A stretch of 64,000 bases of DNA from Frankiales bacterium (GTDB lineage: Bacteria > Actinomycetota > Actinomycetes > Mycobacteriales > SCTD01). The stretch covers positions 309 through 64,308 of the forward strand of contig JAOPVP010000038.1 in assembly GCA_025966135.1 (NCBI GenBank). The letters are read 5' to 3'. Both the position numbers and the translations under genes were made by a program. Shown here in pieces: positions 46,887-55,544 of this stretch (position 1 is its first letter; each line of letters begins with the position of its first letter). The notes under the pieces were generated by a model. The model worked only from the letters and a program-made list of their open reading frames with translations. It was not told the DNA's origin and made no database searches.

Positions 46887-48242
46887 ATGGCAAGGATCTT
46901 CCGGATGCCCGAGATCGCCGCAGCCGCGACCGAGGCAGTCCTGCTGAAGTGGCCAGTGGCCGAGAACAGCCCGTTCTCCGCCGGGGACGTCATCGCCACC
47001 GTCGAGACCGAGAAGGCGCTGGTCGACGTCGAGGCCGACGCAGACGGCATCATGCTCAAGATCCTGGTCTCCGAGGGTGCTGCCGTCGAGGTGGGAGCGC
47101 CGATCGCCCTCCTAGGTGATCCTGGCGAGAAGGTCGACGACCTCAAGGCTCTGCTGGCAGAGCTGGGACTGCCGGCACGAGAGAGCGGGGTGACGGCCGC
47201 GCCGGACCGCGACGCTCCTCACAGCCACGGCGGGAGCGCGGCCCCATCAGAGGCCAGCCTCGAGGTCGTGGCGGCCCCAGCCAGAAACGGTCACGAGCCC
47301 CTTGCGGGTTCCTCACCCAGCACCAGAATCTTCGCCAGCCCCCTGGCACGAAGACTGGCGAAGGACGCCAAGCTCCCGGTGGAGCACATCCAAGGGACAG
47401 GTCCGGGAGGTCGGATCATCCGGCGCGATGTGGAGGAGGCGACCGCCAAGCGGACTGCCCTCACTGCGGCGTTGCAGCCCACTGCAGTCGTGGAGCCGTC
47501 TGCTCGACCCCAGGCTGCGCCGAACGCGGCGGCGGCACCCGCCTCCGTGGCTGCGAGAGCTCTCGCCTACGTCGACACGCCGCATTCCCGGATGCGCCAA
47601 GCTATCGCCGCCCGGCTCACCGAGAGCAAGCAGTCGATACCTCACTTCTACCTGCGTGGCACGTGTCGGGTCGGCAGGCTCCTCAGTCTCCGCGCAGAGC
47701 TCAACGCCAGTAGCCCCACCAGGGTCTCGGTCAACGACCTGGTCATCAAAGCCGCCGCCAGGGCACATCTGCTGGTACCGGCGATCAACGTCATCTGGAC
47801 GCCGGAGGCGATCCGAAGCTTCTCGACGGTGGACGTCTCGGTGGCCATCGCCACCGAGCGTGGCCTCGTGACACCCGTGCTGCGCTCGGTCGAGCAGATG
47901 TCTGTGTCCGCGGTAGCGGCTCAGGTCCAGGATCTCGCAGGCCGGGCGAAGAGCGGCACCCTCCGGCAGGACGAGATCGTCGGTGGCGCGCTCAGCATCA
48001 CGAACCTCGGCATGTTCGGGACCGAGGAGTTCTCGGCGATCCTGAATCCTCCGCAAGCAGCCATCCTCGCAGTAGGTGCCGCCCGGAAGGAGCCGGTCGT
48101 GAAGGGCGGGAAGGTCAAGGTCGGTCACGTGATGCGGGTAACCCTGTCCGTCGACCACCGGCCCGTCGACGGCGCCGTCGCTGCGGAGTGGATGAGAACC
48201 TTCATCTCCCTCGTCGAGGACCCGCTTCAGATCCTCGCGTAG
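46887..48242 (+). CDS. Dihydrolipoamide acyltransferase E2
   Basis: ETEKA lipoyl-Lys, ASPLARRLA..GTGPGGRI, TNLGM, DHRPVDG. Confidence 0.95.
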   Translation: MARIFRMPEIAAAATEAVLLKWPVAENSPFSAGDVIATVETEKALVDVEADADGIMLKILVSEGAAVEVGAPIALLGDPGEKVDDLKALLAELGLPARESGVTAAPDRDAPHSHGGSAAPSEASLEVVAAPARNGHEPLAGSSPSTRIFASPLARRLAKDAKLPVEHIQGTGPGGRIIRRDVEEATAKRTALTAALQPTAVVEPSARPQAAPNAAAAPASVAARALAYVDTPHSRMRQAIAARLTESKQSIPHFYLRGTCRVGRLLSLRAELNASSPTRVSVNDLVIKAAARAHLLVPAINVIWTPEAIRSFSTVDVSVAIATERGLVTPVLRSVEQMSVSAVAAQVQDLAGRAKSGTLRQDEIVGGALSITNLGMFGTEEFSAILNPPQAAILAVGAARKEPVVKGGKVKVGHVMRVTLSVDHRPVDGAVAAEWMRTFISLVEDPLQILA

Positions 48243-48299
48243 CCCGGCGAGCAGGCAGCGTGGCCAACCCCATCGGGAGCCGCGCGGTCAGCCCGTTCT

Positions 48300-49472
48300 T
48301 CACCCGCGTCCGAGCTCATCCCCCGCGTCAGGGGCGCCTCCCATCATCCGCACCATCGGGATGCCGCCGGTTCGGACGAACCGCACCAGGAGGAGGAGTG
48401 CCAGCGCGAGGAAGACCACGTTCAGCACCGTCGTGTAGTTCCACATGACGTTCACCTCGACCACCTTGGCGTTGCGGCTGTCCGGCACCAGCCCGAGCCC
48501 ACCGAAGATGAGCTCGACGACATACGCTGCTGCGACCATGGCCACGGAGAAGGTGGCCGTGATGAACAGCATCATCCGCGTGCCGTAGTACTTCCGGTAG
48601 ATCACCAGGATCGGGAGAATGATGAGGTCGGCGAAGATGAACGCGAGCACGCCGCCGAAGCTGATCCCACCGTTCCACAGCACAGCTGCCAGCGGCACGT
48701 TGCCGATGCTGCAGGTCGAGGACAGAACTGCCACCAGCACACCTGCCACCGGACCCCACACCTTCGCACCGACTGGATGGTCGGCGAGGAACAAGGTCTG
48801 CCACCAGCTGTCCGGCACCCACGCGCCGGCCGCTCCCGCTAACAACAGGCCGATGGCGATGTCGCGGATGACCGCGGCCCACTCCATCGCGAAGATGTGC
48901 GACACCGAGGTGAAGCCGGCGTCGGAGAACAGCCGTGACCAGACCGTTCCTTCCCGGCGGATACTCATGTCCATCGCGGCGTGGCCTTCCATCGATCCCG
49001 CCAAACCCTGCTCGGCCTGCCGTCGGGCATGGTCCAGCAGCGGACGAGTGAGGAACCGCCGGAACAGGGACACGAGCAGCACGATCATGATCGGCCCGCC
49101 GACGAACTCGGCAGTGGTGAACTCCCAGCCCAACAGGAGCGCCAAGATGATGCCCAGTTCGATCACCAGGTTGGTCGAAGCGAGCTCGAAGGCCATCGCC
49201 GCGGTGAAGCTCGCGCCCTTGCGGAACAGCGACCGGGCCAGGGCCACCGCGGCATAGGAACAGCTCGACGAAGCGATGCCCAGTCCCGTGGCCACCGCCA
49301 AGGTCTTAGGCCGGTCATCGCCGAGCAGACCGACGATGGTCTCCCGGCGGACGGTGGCCTGAACGATCGCGGCCAGCGTGAAACCGAGAACCAGGCTCCA
49401 GGTCACCTCCCAGGTCATGCCGCCAGCCAGGGACAGCGCGTGGCTCAGGCCGTGCAGCGCGTCGCTCACCAT
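48300..49472 (-). CDS. Permease (DUF318-like)
   Basis: SSSCSYAA, ASTNLVIELG, CSIGNVPLA, FIFADL; His/Met loop MEGHAAMDM. Confidence 0.85.
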   Translation of the reverse strand: MVSDALHGLSHALSLAGGMTWEVTWSLVLGFTLAAIVQATVRRETIVGLLGDDRPKTLAVATGLGIASSSCSYAAVALARSLFRKGASFTAAMAFELASTNLVIELGIILALLLGWEFTTAEFVGGPIMIVLLVSLFRRFLTRPLLDHARRQAEQGLAGSMEGHAAMDMSIRREGTVWSRLFSDAGFTSVSHIFAMEWAAVIRDIAIGLLLAGAAGAWVPDSWWQTLFLADHPVGAKVWGPVAGVLVAVLSSTCSIGNVPLAAVLWNGGISFGGVLAFIFADLIILPILVIYRKYYGTRMMLFITATFSVAMVAAAYVVELIFGGLGLVPDSRNAKVVEVNVMWNYTTVLNVVFLALALLLLVRFVRTGGIPMVRMMGGAPDAGDELGRG

Positions 49473-49510
49473 CTCTACCCTCACCTCGACAGCCACCAGA
49501 CTGTGCCCAC

Positions 49511-49553
49511 CCGGGGACTATCGCGGTCAGGGTGGGACCGCGATAGCCCCCGG
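49511..49553 (-). other. 18-bp stem-loop upstream of the permease
   Basis: Minus strand CCGGGGGCTATCGCGGTC-CCACCCT-GACCGCGATAGTCCCCGG with one G-U pair. Confidence 0.6.
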
Positions 49554-49754
49554 CCAAGGTGCACCTGGCACGTATGACTGGAGGCGTGCCGGCCTGAGCC
49601 ACGTGATGGTGCGCGGCAGCCGGGGCCGCAGCTCGTCGGCTGCGAGATCGGGCGGGGCAGTCATCGCGTCCCCACGTCCGGGACCTGGATTCAAGTATCA
49701 GGCGTGATCGCCCGATACCGCGAGAAAGTCCTCTGCCGAGCAACCGAAGGTCCC

Positions 49755-51086
49755 ATGCGCATCTCCGGCCAGCGAGTCCTGGTCCTCGCCCTGGCCCTGG
49801 CCGCTACGGTCGCGCTGCTCACTGTCGCTGTCGTCCTCGGCCGGCCGTTGGCGGGCTGGTTCGCCGGTGCAGCCATCGGCGTACTGGTTGCTCTTCTGCT
49901 CACCGAGCACTTGGCGCTGATGTCGGCATGGCGCCAGCTGGCCCGTGAACACCACGACACAGGCGCACTACAAGGACGACTCGACGCGGCTGCTGCCACC
50001 AGCGGCGGCTGGTTGTACACCCTGGACACGAACAGTCGGTTCGTCTACTCCAGCGACGCCAGCATGGACTGCTTGGGATTCTTGCCGGAGGAGCTCCTGG
50101 GGACCGAGGCAAGCGCCTTGCTCAGCCCGGACGAGCTGGGTCTCATCGAAAGCCGCCTTGGGCATCCTCCCCAGGGAGTGAACACCCTTGTGGTGCGAGG
50201 CCGGCACCGCAACGGCGAGGACCGCTGGCTCGAGTGCTCGATCGCGGCCGTCGTCGACGCCACAACCAAGGCTCCGATCGGATGGACCGGAACAGCTCGG
50301 TTGTTGACCAACGCCAAGCACCCCGGAATCTTTCGTGAGATCCACCGCCGCGACGTCACAGAGATCCTGCGCACCGAGCAGCTCATCATCGCCTTCCAGC
50401 CGATCATCGACCTCACGACTGGGTTCGTCATCGGTGTCGAGGCACTCAGCCGCTTCCCATCCAGGCCCGCAGCCACGCCCGACGTGCTCTTCGCCGAAGC
50501 TGCCAACGCCGGTCTGGGACCCGACCTCGAACTGCTCGCGATCCGTCGGGCCCTCGAGGAGGCCCGCGTGCTCGACTCCTCACTTCACGTAGCCGTCAAC
50601 GTCTCGCCGACCGTCCTCGCGAGCCCCTCCCTCATCGACGCACTCCTGGCCAGCGGCATGGACCTGGCGCGGGTGATCGTCGAGATCACCGAGCACGCAT
50701 CCGTCGTCGACTACACCGTCCTGGAACACCCACGAAAGCGCCTGCGGGACCTCGGAGTACGCCTCGCCATCGACGACGCCGGGTCCGGGTACGCCTCCCT
50801 GCGGCACATCGTGGCCCTCGCTCCGGACGTGATCAAGATCGACCGAGCCCTCGTCACGGACCTCAACTGCGACCGGGCCCGCCGGGCGCTGGTGGGCGCG
50901 GTCGTCTCCTTCGCCAACGAGATCGGTGCAACGACGGTCATCGGCGAAGGTGTGGAGACGCAAGCCGAGCTGGACGCCCTGATTGCTCTCGGCGTCGATG
51001 CCGCGCAGGGCTACTTCATCGGGCGCCCGACCCCGTCACCGAGCGAGTGGCTCCACTGGGACTCGTCCTCCGCCGTCAGCGGCTGA
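49755..51086 (+). CDS. Membrane-anchored PAS-EAL c-di-GMP phosphodiesterase
   Basis: Two N-terminal TM segments, PAS, FQPI..VEALSRF, EITE, IDDAGSGY, KIDR, EGVE, QGY. Confidence 0.9.
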   Translation: MRISGQRVLVLALALAATVALLTVAVVLGRPLAGWFAGAAIGVLVALLLTEHLALMSAWRQLAREHHDTGALQGRLDAAAATSGGWLYTLDTNSRFVYSSDASMDCLGFLPEELLGTEASALLSPDELGLIESRLGHPPQGVNTLVVRGRHRNGEDRWLECSIAAVVDATTKAPIGWTGTARLLTNAKHPGIFREIHRRDVTEILRTEQLIIAFQPIIDLTTGFVIGVEALSRFPSRPAATPDVLFAEAANAGLGPDLELLAIRRALEEARVLDSSLHVAVNVSPTVLASPSLIDALLASGMDLARVIVEITEHASVVDYTVLEHPRKRLRDLGVRLAIDDAGSGYASLRHIVALAPDVIKIDRALVTDLNCDRARRALVGAVVSFANEIGATTVIGEGVETQAELDALIALGVDAAQGYFIGRPTPSPSEWLHWDSSSAVSG

Positions 51087-51270
51087 TCACCGAGCGTCGG
51101 GCGAGAGCCGACCGTCCGCAAGGCGGTTCGGGACCACACCTAAGCGCCTGGAACTAGTCACAGCGGCCCAGGTAGCGACGGCAGCAGCATTGACGCTTTC
51201 GGGCGGTTCTTCGGCCTTCTCCTCAATGCGACGCTGTAGGGGGTCGACGGAGGGAGAGCATCCACGACAC

Positions 51271-51323
51271 GGCGATCCCGGTGTGAGCCGGAGGCGCGCG
51301 GTCACGGGTCCAGCCGGGTTACC
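51271..51323 (+). ncRNA. Degenerate c-di-GMP-I (GEMM-I)-like riboswitch element
   Basis: GGCGAT-CCCGGT-GTGA-GCCGGA-GGCGC-GCG-GTCACGGGTC-CAGCCGGGTTACC follows the element order of GEMM-I but lacks the conserved A-tracts and the tetraloop receptor. Confidence 0.35.
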
Positions 51324-51494
51324 CAAAGGGAAGGCAGATCATCGTGCACAGCTCCACGAGAGCGTTCGGCACGATTGCGGTCACCGGCCTTCTCGCTGCG
51401 GACGGCTCGTCCCCCCTAGCCAGCAGTAACACCCGGGCGAGCGCCGCCGGCTCAGGGCGGACAGGACCGCCATGAGCTCGCACATCGGCACAAC

Positions 51495-54400
51495 GTGATC
51501 ACCCGACTGTCGGTGGGTCCGATCATGTCGCGTCGCGTCTGGTGGTGTTACCTGACAGTTCTGCTGGCTGGTCTGCCGGTCTACTGCTTCGCGGTCAGCG
51601 GTGTCGTGCAGCGAGCCATGTTCTATGGCTACGGGATCTCCTCCCTGCTGGCCATCATCGTGGGGGTACGGGTGCACCGACCCAGGCGACGCTGGCCTTG
51701 GGTCGCCTTCGCCGGCGGTCTGTTGTTGTTCGCCGTAGGCGATGTTGCTTTCGATCTGTACGCCGAGGCCGGCGACGCGGTCCCGGTCCCGTCTGCTGCC
51801 GACTTCCTCTACCTGGCGGGCTATCCGGTTCTCGCTTGGGGCATGGTGTTGCTCGTCCGGTACCGGGTGCGCGGCGCCGACCTCACGAGCGCGCTGGACG
51901 GGGTGATGGTCGCCCTCGGGGTTGGTGTCATGGCCTGGGTGTGGGTCATGGCGCCGTATGCACATGACCGGACCTTGGGCGTCGGAGCCCGGCTCGTACC
52001 GATCGCCTACCCGGCGCTCGACCTGCTGCTCGTCGCCGTGGTCGTGCGTCTGCTGCTCAGTCGTGGGGTGCGCAATCCGAGCTTTCGACTGCTCGCCGCG
52101 AGCGTCGTGGCCCTGCTGCTGGCCGACGGGTTCTATGCCGTCGCGACCCTGCACGACACCTACGTGGACGGCAGCCTCATCGACCTCGGATGGCTGGTGT
52201 CCTACGGCTTGTGGGGAGCCGCCGCGCTGCATCCATCGATGTCGCGCCTGACTGACCCCTCACCTTCCGCGGAGGCTGTCCGCAGTCCGATCGCGCTGGC
52301 TGTGCTTACCCTGGCGGCACTGACGTCGCCGGCGACGCTCATCGTCCAAGAGGCCCGCGGAGTGGGCTCCGATGAATTGCTGCTGGCGGCGTTCTCAGCA
52401 GTGATGTTCCTGCTGGTGCTGGCTCGGCTCTCGCTCCTGACACGGGCGCTGGACTCTGCCTACCGTCAGCAGGCCCACGCTGCTGCCCGCCAGGTGGCGC
52501 TCACCGACGCGGCCGTGGCGTTCGTCGGCGCGGGCGACGTCACAGCGGTCGCCCAAGCGGCCGTGCAGGCTGCGGTGACGCTGGCTGGCGACGCCACGTC
52601 GTGGGCGTCGTTCGTGGCCATGAGCCAGTCCGGCCTCATGATCGTGGCCGTGGCCGGCCCGGCACCCTTCAGCGCGGGCGAGCCTGCCGACGCCGAGCTG
52701 ACCGCCGACTGGGACGAGCATCCAACCGATGGCCCGGTGCTGATGACTCCCGACGAGCGGGACGTCGACCGCCGACGATCGTCCGGCGAGCGCCATGTCG
52801 CGCCGATAATCGTTGACGACCAGTTGCGCGGGAAGGTGGTGGTCGGCCACATCACCGCAGGCGCGGAGGCGTTCCTCCCCGCCCTCGGCTTGGTCTGCTC
52901 TCAGATGAGTCTGGCCCTGCAGAGCGTTGAGGCGACCGAGGAGAGGCTCCGGGCTCGCAATGAGCGGCAGTTCCAGTCCTTGGTCCAGAACTCCTCCGAC
53001 ATGGTGACCCTCATCGGGGCCGACGGTGTCGTGCGCTACCAGAGCCCCGGCGTCCGAGCCGTCCTCGGCCGTTCGGCTCAGTCGCTGGTCGGCCAGCCGT
53101 GGAGCCTGCTGGTCCACCCAGACGACGCCCCAACCACGCAGGCCCAACTCAGCAAGGTGATGGCCGGAGGGCGTGCCGCGACGGCCAACCTCGAGTGTCG
53201 AGTCGGCCACGCCGATGGCAGCTGGCGGGAGGTCGACACCATCATGACCAACTTGCTCGACGATCCTGATGTTGAGGCCCTCGTGCTCAACAGCCGAGAC
53301 GTCACCGATCGGCGGTCGCTCGAACGAGAGCTGAACCGTCAGGCATTCCATGACTCGCTGACTGGGCTGGCCAACCGTGCGCTGTTCCTCGACCGGGTAG
53401 CTCACGCTCTGGGCCGCGCCAACCGTGAAGCCGGACCGGTCGCACTGCTGTTCTTGGACATCGACGACTTCAAGGTGGTCAACGACAGCCTCGGGCATCC
53501 CGCCGGCGACGAGCTGCTCGTCGCCGTCGCCGAGCGCCTCAAGGCTTCGACCCGACCGGGCGACACCGTTGCCCGTCTCGGGGGTGACGAGTTCGCCCTG
53601 CTCCTGGAGTCCGGCAGGATGCCCGAATCCGCCCACGTCGTTGCCCGCCGCGTCGTCGAGGCACTCACCACACCGATCCGGATCGGCACCGACGACGTCT
53701 CCGTGCGGGCAAGCATCGGCATCGCCCTGGGCCAACCGCCGGACGACGGACCCGATGACCTCCTGCGTAACGCAGACCTGGCGATGTACATGGCGAAGCA
53801 GAACGGCAAAGGCAGGTTCGAAATGTTCCGGCCGGCCATGCATGAGGAAGCTGTCCGCCGGCTGGAGACCTCCGCCGACCTGAGGCGCGGGATCGAAGGC
53901 GGCCAGCTCGAGGTCTTCTACCAGCCCATCGTCGACGTCCACACGGCCACCGCCATCGGGGCCGAGGCCCTCGTGCGGTGGCACCACCCGAGTCGTGGGC
54001 TTGTGGGCCCGGTGGACTTCATCCCCGTCGCCGAGTCCACCGGCCTTATCGTGCCGCTGGGGAAGTGGGTACTCACCGAAGCCTGCCGGCAAGCGCAGTC
54101 CTGGCGCCGATCCGGCCTCACGGACGACAGCTTCTACATCAGCATCAATCTGTCTGCGCGCCAGCTTCAGGACCCGGCGCTACTCGACGATGTCGCTGCA
54201 GCCCTTCGAGACTCGGGTCTACCGGCCGATGCGGTCGTGCTCGAGGTCACCGAGAGCGCCGTCATACAGGACCTCGATGTCGCAGTCGCCCGTCTGCAGG
54301 CCCTCAAGGCTCTCGGCCTGCGCCTGGCAGTCGACGATTTCGGCACCGGCTACTCCTCCCTCAGCTACCTGCGGAACCTCCCCGTGGACGTCGTCAAGAT

Positions 54401-54698
54401 CGACAAGTCGTTCGTCGACCGGATCACACTCGATCCCGAAGGAGCAGCCATGGTCCGGAGCGTGCTCGATCTGAGCAGCGCCCTGGGGCTGACCTCGATC
54501 GCTGAGGGGGTGGAACAAGACGACCAACTCGCACTCCTCGACGAACTTGGCTGCGACACCGTCCAGGGCTACCTGTTCGCCAGGCCCATGCCCAGCGGTC
54601 AGTTCGCTGACGCGTTGACGAAGCTACGGACGGACGCCGCACTCCAGCGACCCTCGACCCTCCAGGGGTCGGTGGCCTCCAGGTCAAGAGCCGGATGA
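51495..54698 (+). CDS. Multi-TM sensor PAS-GGDEF-EAL protein
   Basis: Hydrophobic N-terminal domain, PAS, HDSLTGLANR, RPGD I-site, RLGGDEF, AEALVRW, DDFGTGYSSL. Confidence 0.95.
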   Translation: MITRLSVGPIMSRRVWWCYLTVLLAGLPVYCFAVSGVVQRAMFYGYGISSLLAIIVGVRVHRPRRRWPWVAFAGGLLLFAVGDVAFDLYAEAGDAVPVPSAADFLYLAGYPVLAWGMVLLVRYRVRGADLTSALDGVMVALGVGVMAWVWVMAPYAHDRTLGVGARLVPIAYPALDLLLVAVVVRLLLSRGVRNPSFRLLAASVVALLLADGFYAVATLHDTYVDGSLIDLGWLVSYGLWGAAALHPSMSRLTDPSPSAEAVRSPIALAVLTLAALTSPATLIVQEARGVGSDELLLAAFSAVMFLLVLARLSLLTRALDSAYRQQAHAAARQVALTDAAVAFVGAGDVTAVAQAAVQAAVTLAGDATSWASFVAMSQSGLMIVAVAGPAPFSAGEPADAELTADWDEHPTDGPVLMTPDERDVDRRRSSGERHVAPIIVDDQLRGKVVVGHITAGAEAFLPALGLVCSQMSLALQSVEATEERLRARNERQFQSLVQNSSDMVTLIGADGVVRYQSPGVRAVLGRSAQSLVGQPWSLLVHPDDAPTTQAQLSKVMAGGRAATANLECRVGHADGSWREVDTIMTNLLDDPDVEALVLNSRDVTDRRSLERELNRQAFHDSLTGLANRALFLDRVAHALGRANREAGPVALLFLDIDDFKVVNDSLGHPAGDELLVAVAERLKASTRPGDTVARLGGDEFALLLESGRMPESAHVVARRVVEALTTPIRIGTDDVSVRASIGIALGQPPDDGPDDLLRNADLAMYMAKQNGKGRFEMFRPAMHEEAVRRLETSADLRRGIEGGQLEVFYQPIVDVHTATAIGAEALVRWHHPSRGLVGPVDFIPVAESTGLIVPLGKWVLTEACRQAQSWRRSGLTDDSFYISINLSARQLQDPALLDDVAAALRDSGLPADAVVLEVTESAVIQDLDVAVARLQALKALGLRLAVDDFGTGYSSLSYLRNLPVDVVKIDKSFVDRITLDPEGAAMVRSVLDLSSALGLTSIAEGVEQDDQLALLDELGCDTVQGYLFARPMPSGQFADALTKLRTDAALQRPSTLQGSVASRSRAG

Positions 54699-54776
54699 CG
54701 CCGTCGAGATTGCACCCACGACAGTCGTACCCCTCGGGGACGGCGGGCGTCAGCGTTCCACGGGTACCGTCGCGGC

Positions 54777-55151
54777 ATGCCTGACATCCCTGTCCGCAAG
54801 GTTGCCGGCCAGGCCTTGACCCCCGGCGCTACCACACCCGGCATCGTGCGCGAGCAGGCCCTCGTGGCCGGCGACCTCTGGTCCGGCCGGGCGCGCACCG
54901 AGGCTGGCGTCACCAGCGGCTGGCACCACCACGGCGACCACGACACCGTGATCTACGTCGTGCACGGCGCGATCGCCGTCGAGACCGCGGACGGGGTCGT
55001 GCAGGGCGACCCCGGCGACTTCCTTCACGTGCCCGCCCATACGGTGCACCGCGAGAGCAACCCCACAGACGGCAGCGCAGAGGTCGTGCTCGTGCGCCGC
55101 GGCACCGGACCCGTCGTCATCAACGTCGACCCCCCGGCCGGAGCCGGCTGA
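54777..55151 (+). CDS. Cupin domain protein
   Basis: SGWHHHGDHDT and PGDFLHVPAHTVHRE. Confidence 0.88.
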   Translation: MPDIPVRKVAGQALTPGATTPGIVREQALVAGDLWSGRARTEAGVTSGWHHHGDHDTVIYVVHGAIAVETADGVVQGDPGDFLHVPAHTVHRESNPTDGSAEVVLVRRGTGPVVINVDPPAGAG

Positions 55152-55365
55152 CCCCCACCCTCCTCGGGGCCGACACGGCCGTGCTCGGCCGTCGCCCTGA
55201 TCGTGCTGAGTGCCACGGGCCTGCGCTGACTCGCTGCATCGTCATACTGACCACCGGTTGAGTATTCAGTGGCGCTGCCCTTGAGCCAGGCCGTAGGACC
55301 GCGCGTACCGTGATGCGTACGGTTCCGCCTCCCGCTCCTGAACGGCCAGCCCCCAGGAGATCACC

Positions 55366-55507
55366 TTGCCGGTCCAACAGCGGCCCCCTACCGGCCCGAT
55401 CCGCAGCATGGGTGCCAGGGCGCCTCGACAGACTGCCCTGGAGCTACCTGGTGGGCAACGCGCTGACGGCCCTCTTGCCGAACTTCGTCCTGTTCGCCCT
55501 CACCAGG
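55366..55507 (+). pseudogene. Remnant of an MFS transporter gene
   Basis: AGGAG then TTG: MPVQQRPPTGPIRSM, a frameshift, then VPGRLDRLPWS joined directly to YLVGNALTALLPNFVLFALTR. Confidence 0.55.
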
Positions 55508-55544
55508 GGCGTCCCACGACGGTCAGCCCGCGAGGTGCCGCCCG

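Noticed and set aside
51095-51240. Small hairpins after the EAL gene, including a GCAA tetraloop
   Set aside because: Short GC-rich stems are expected by chance and match no RNA family I recognise.
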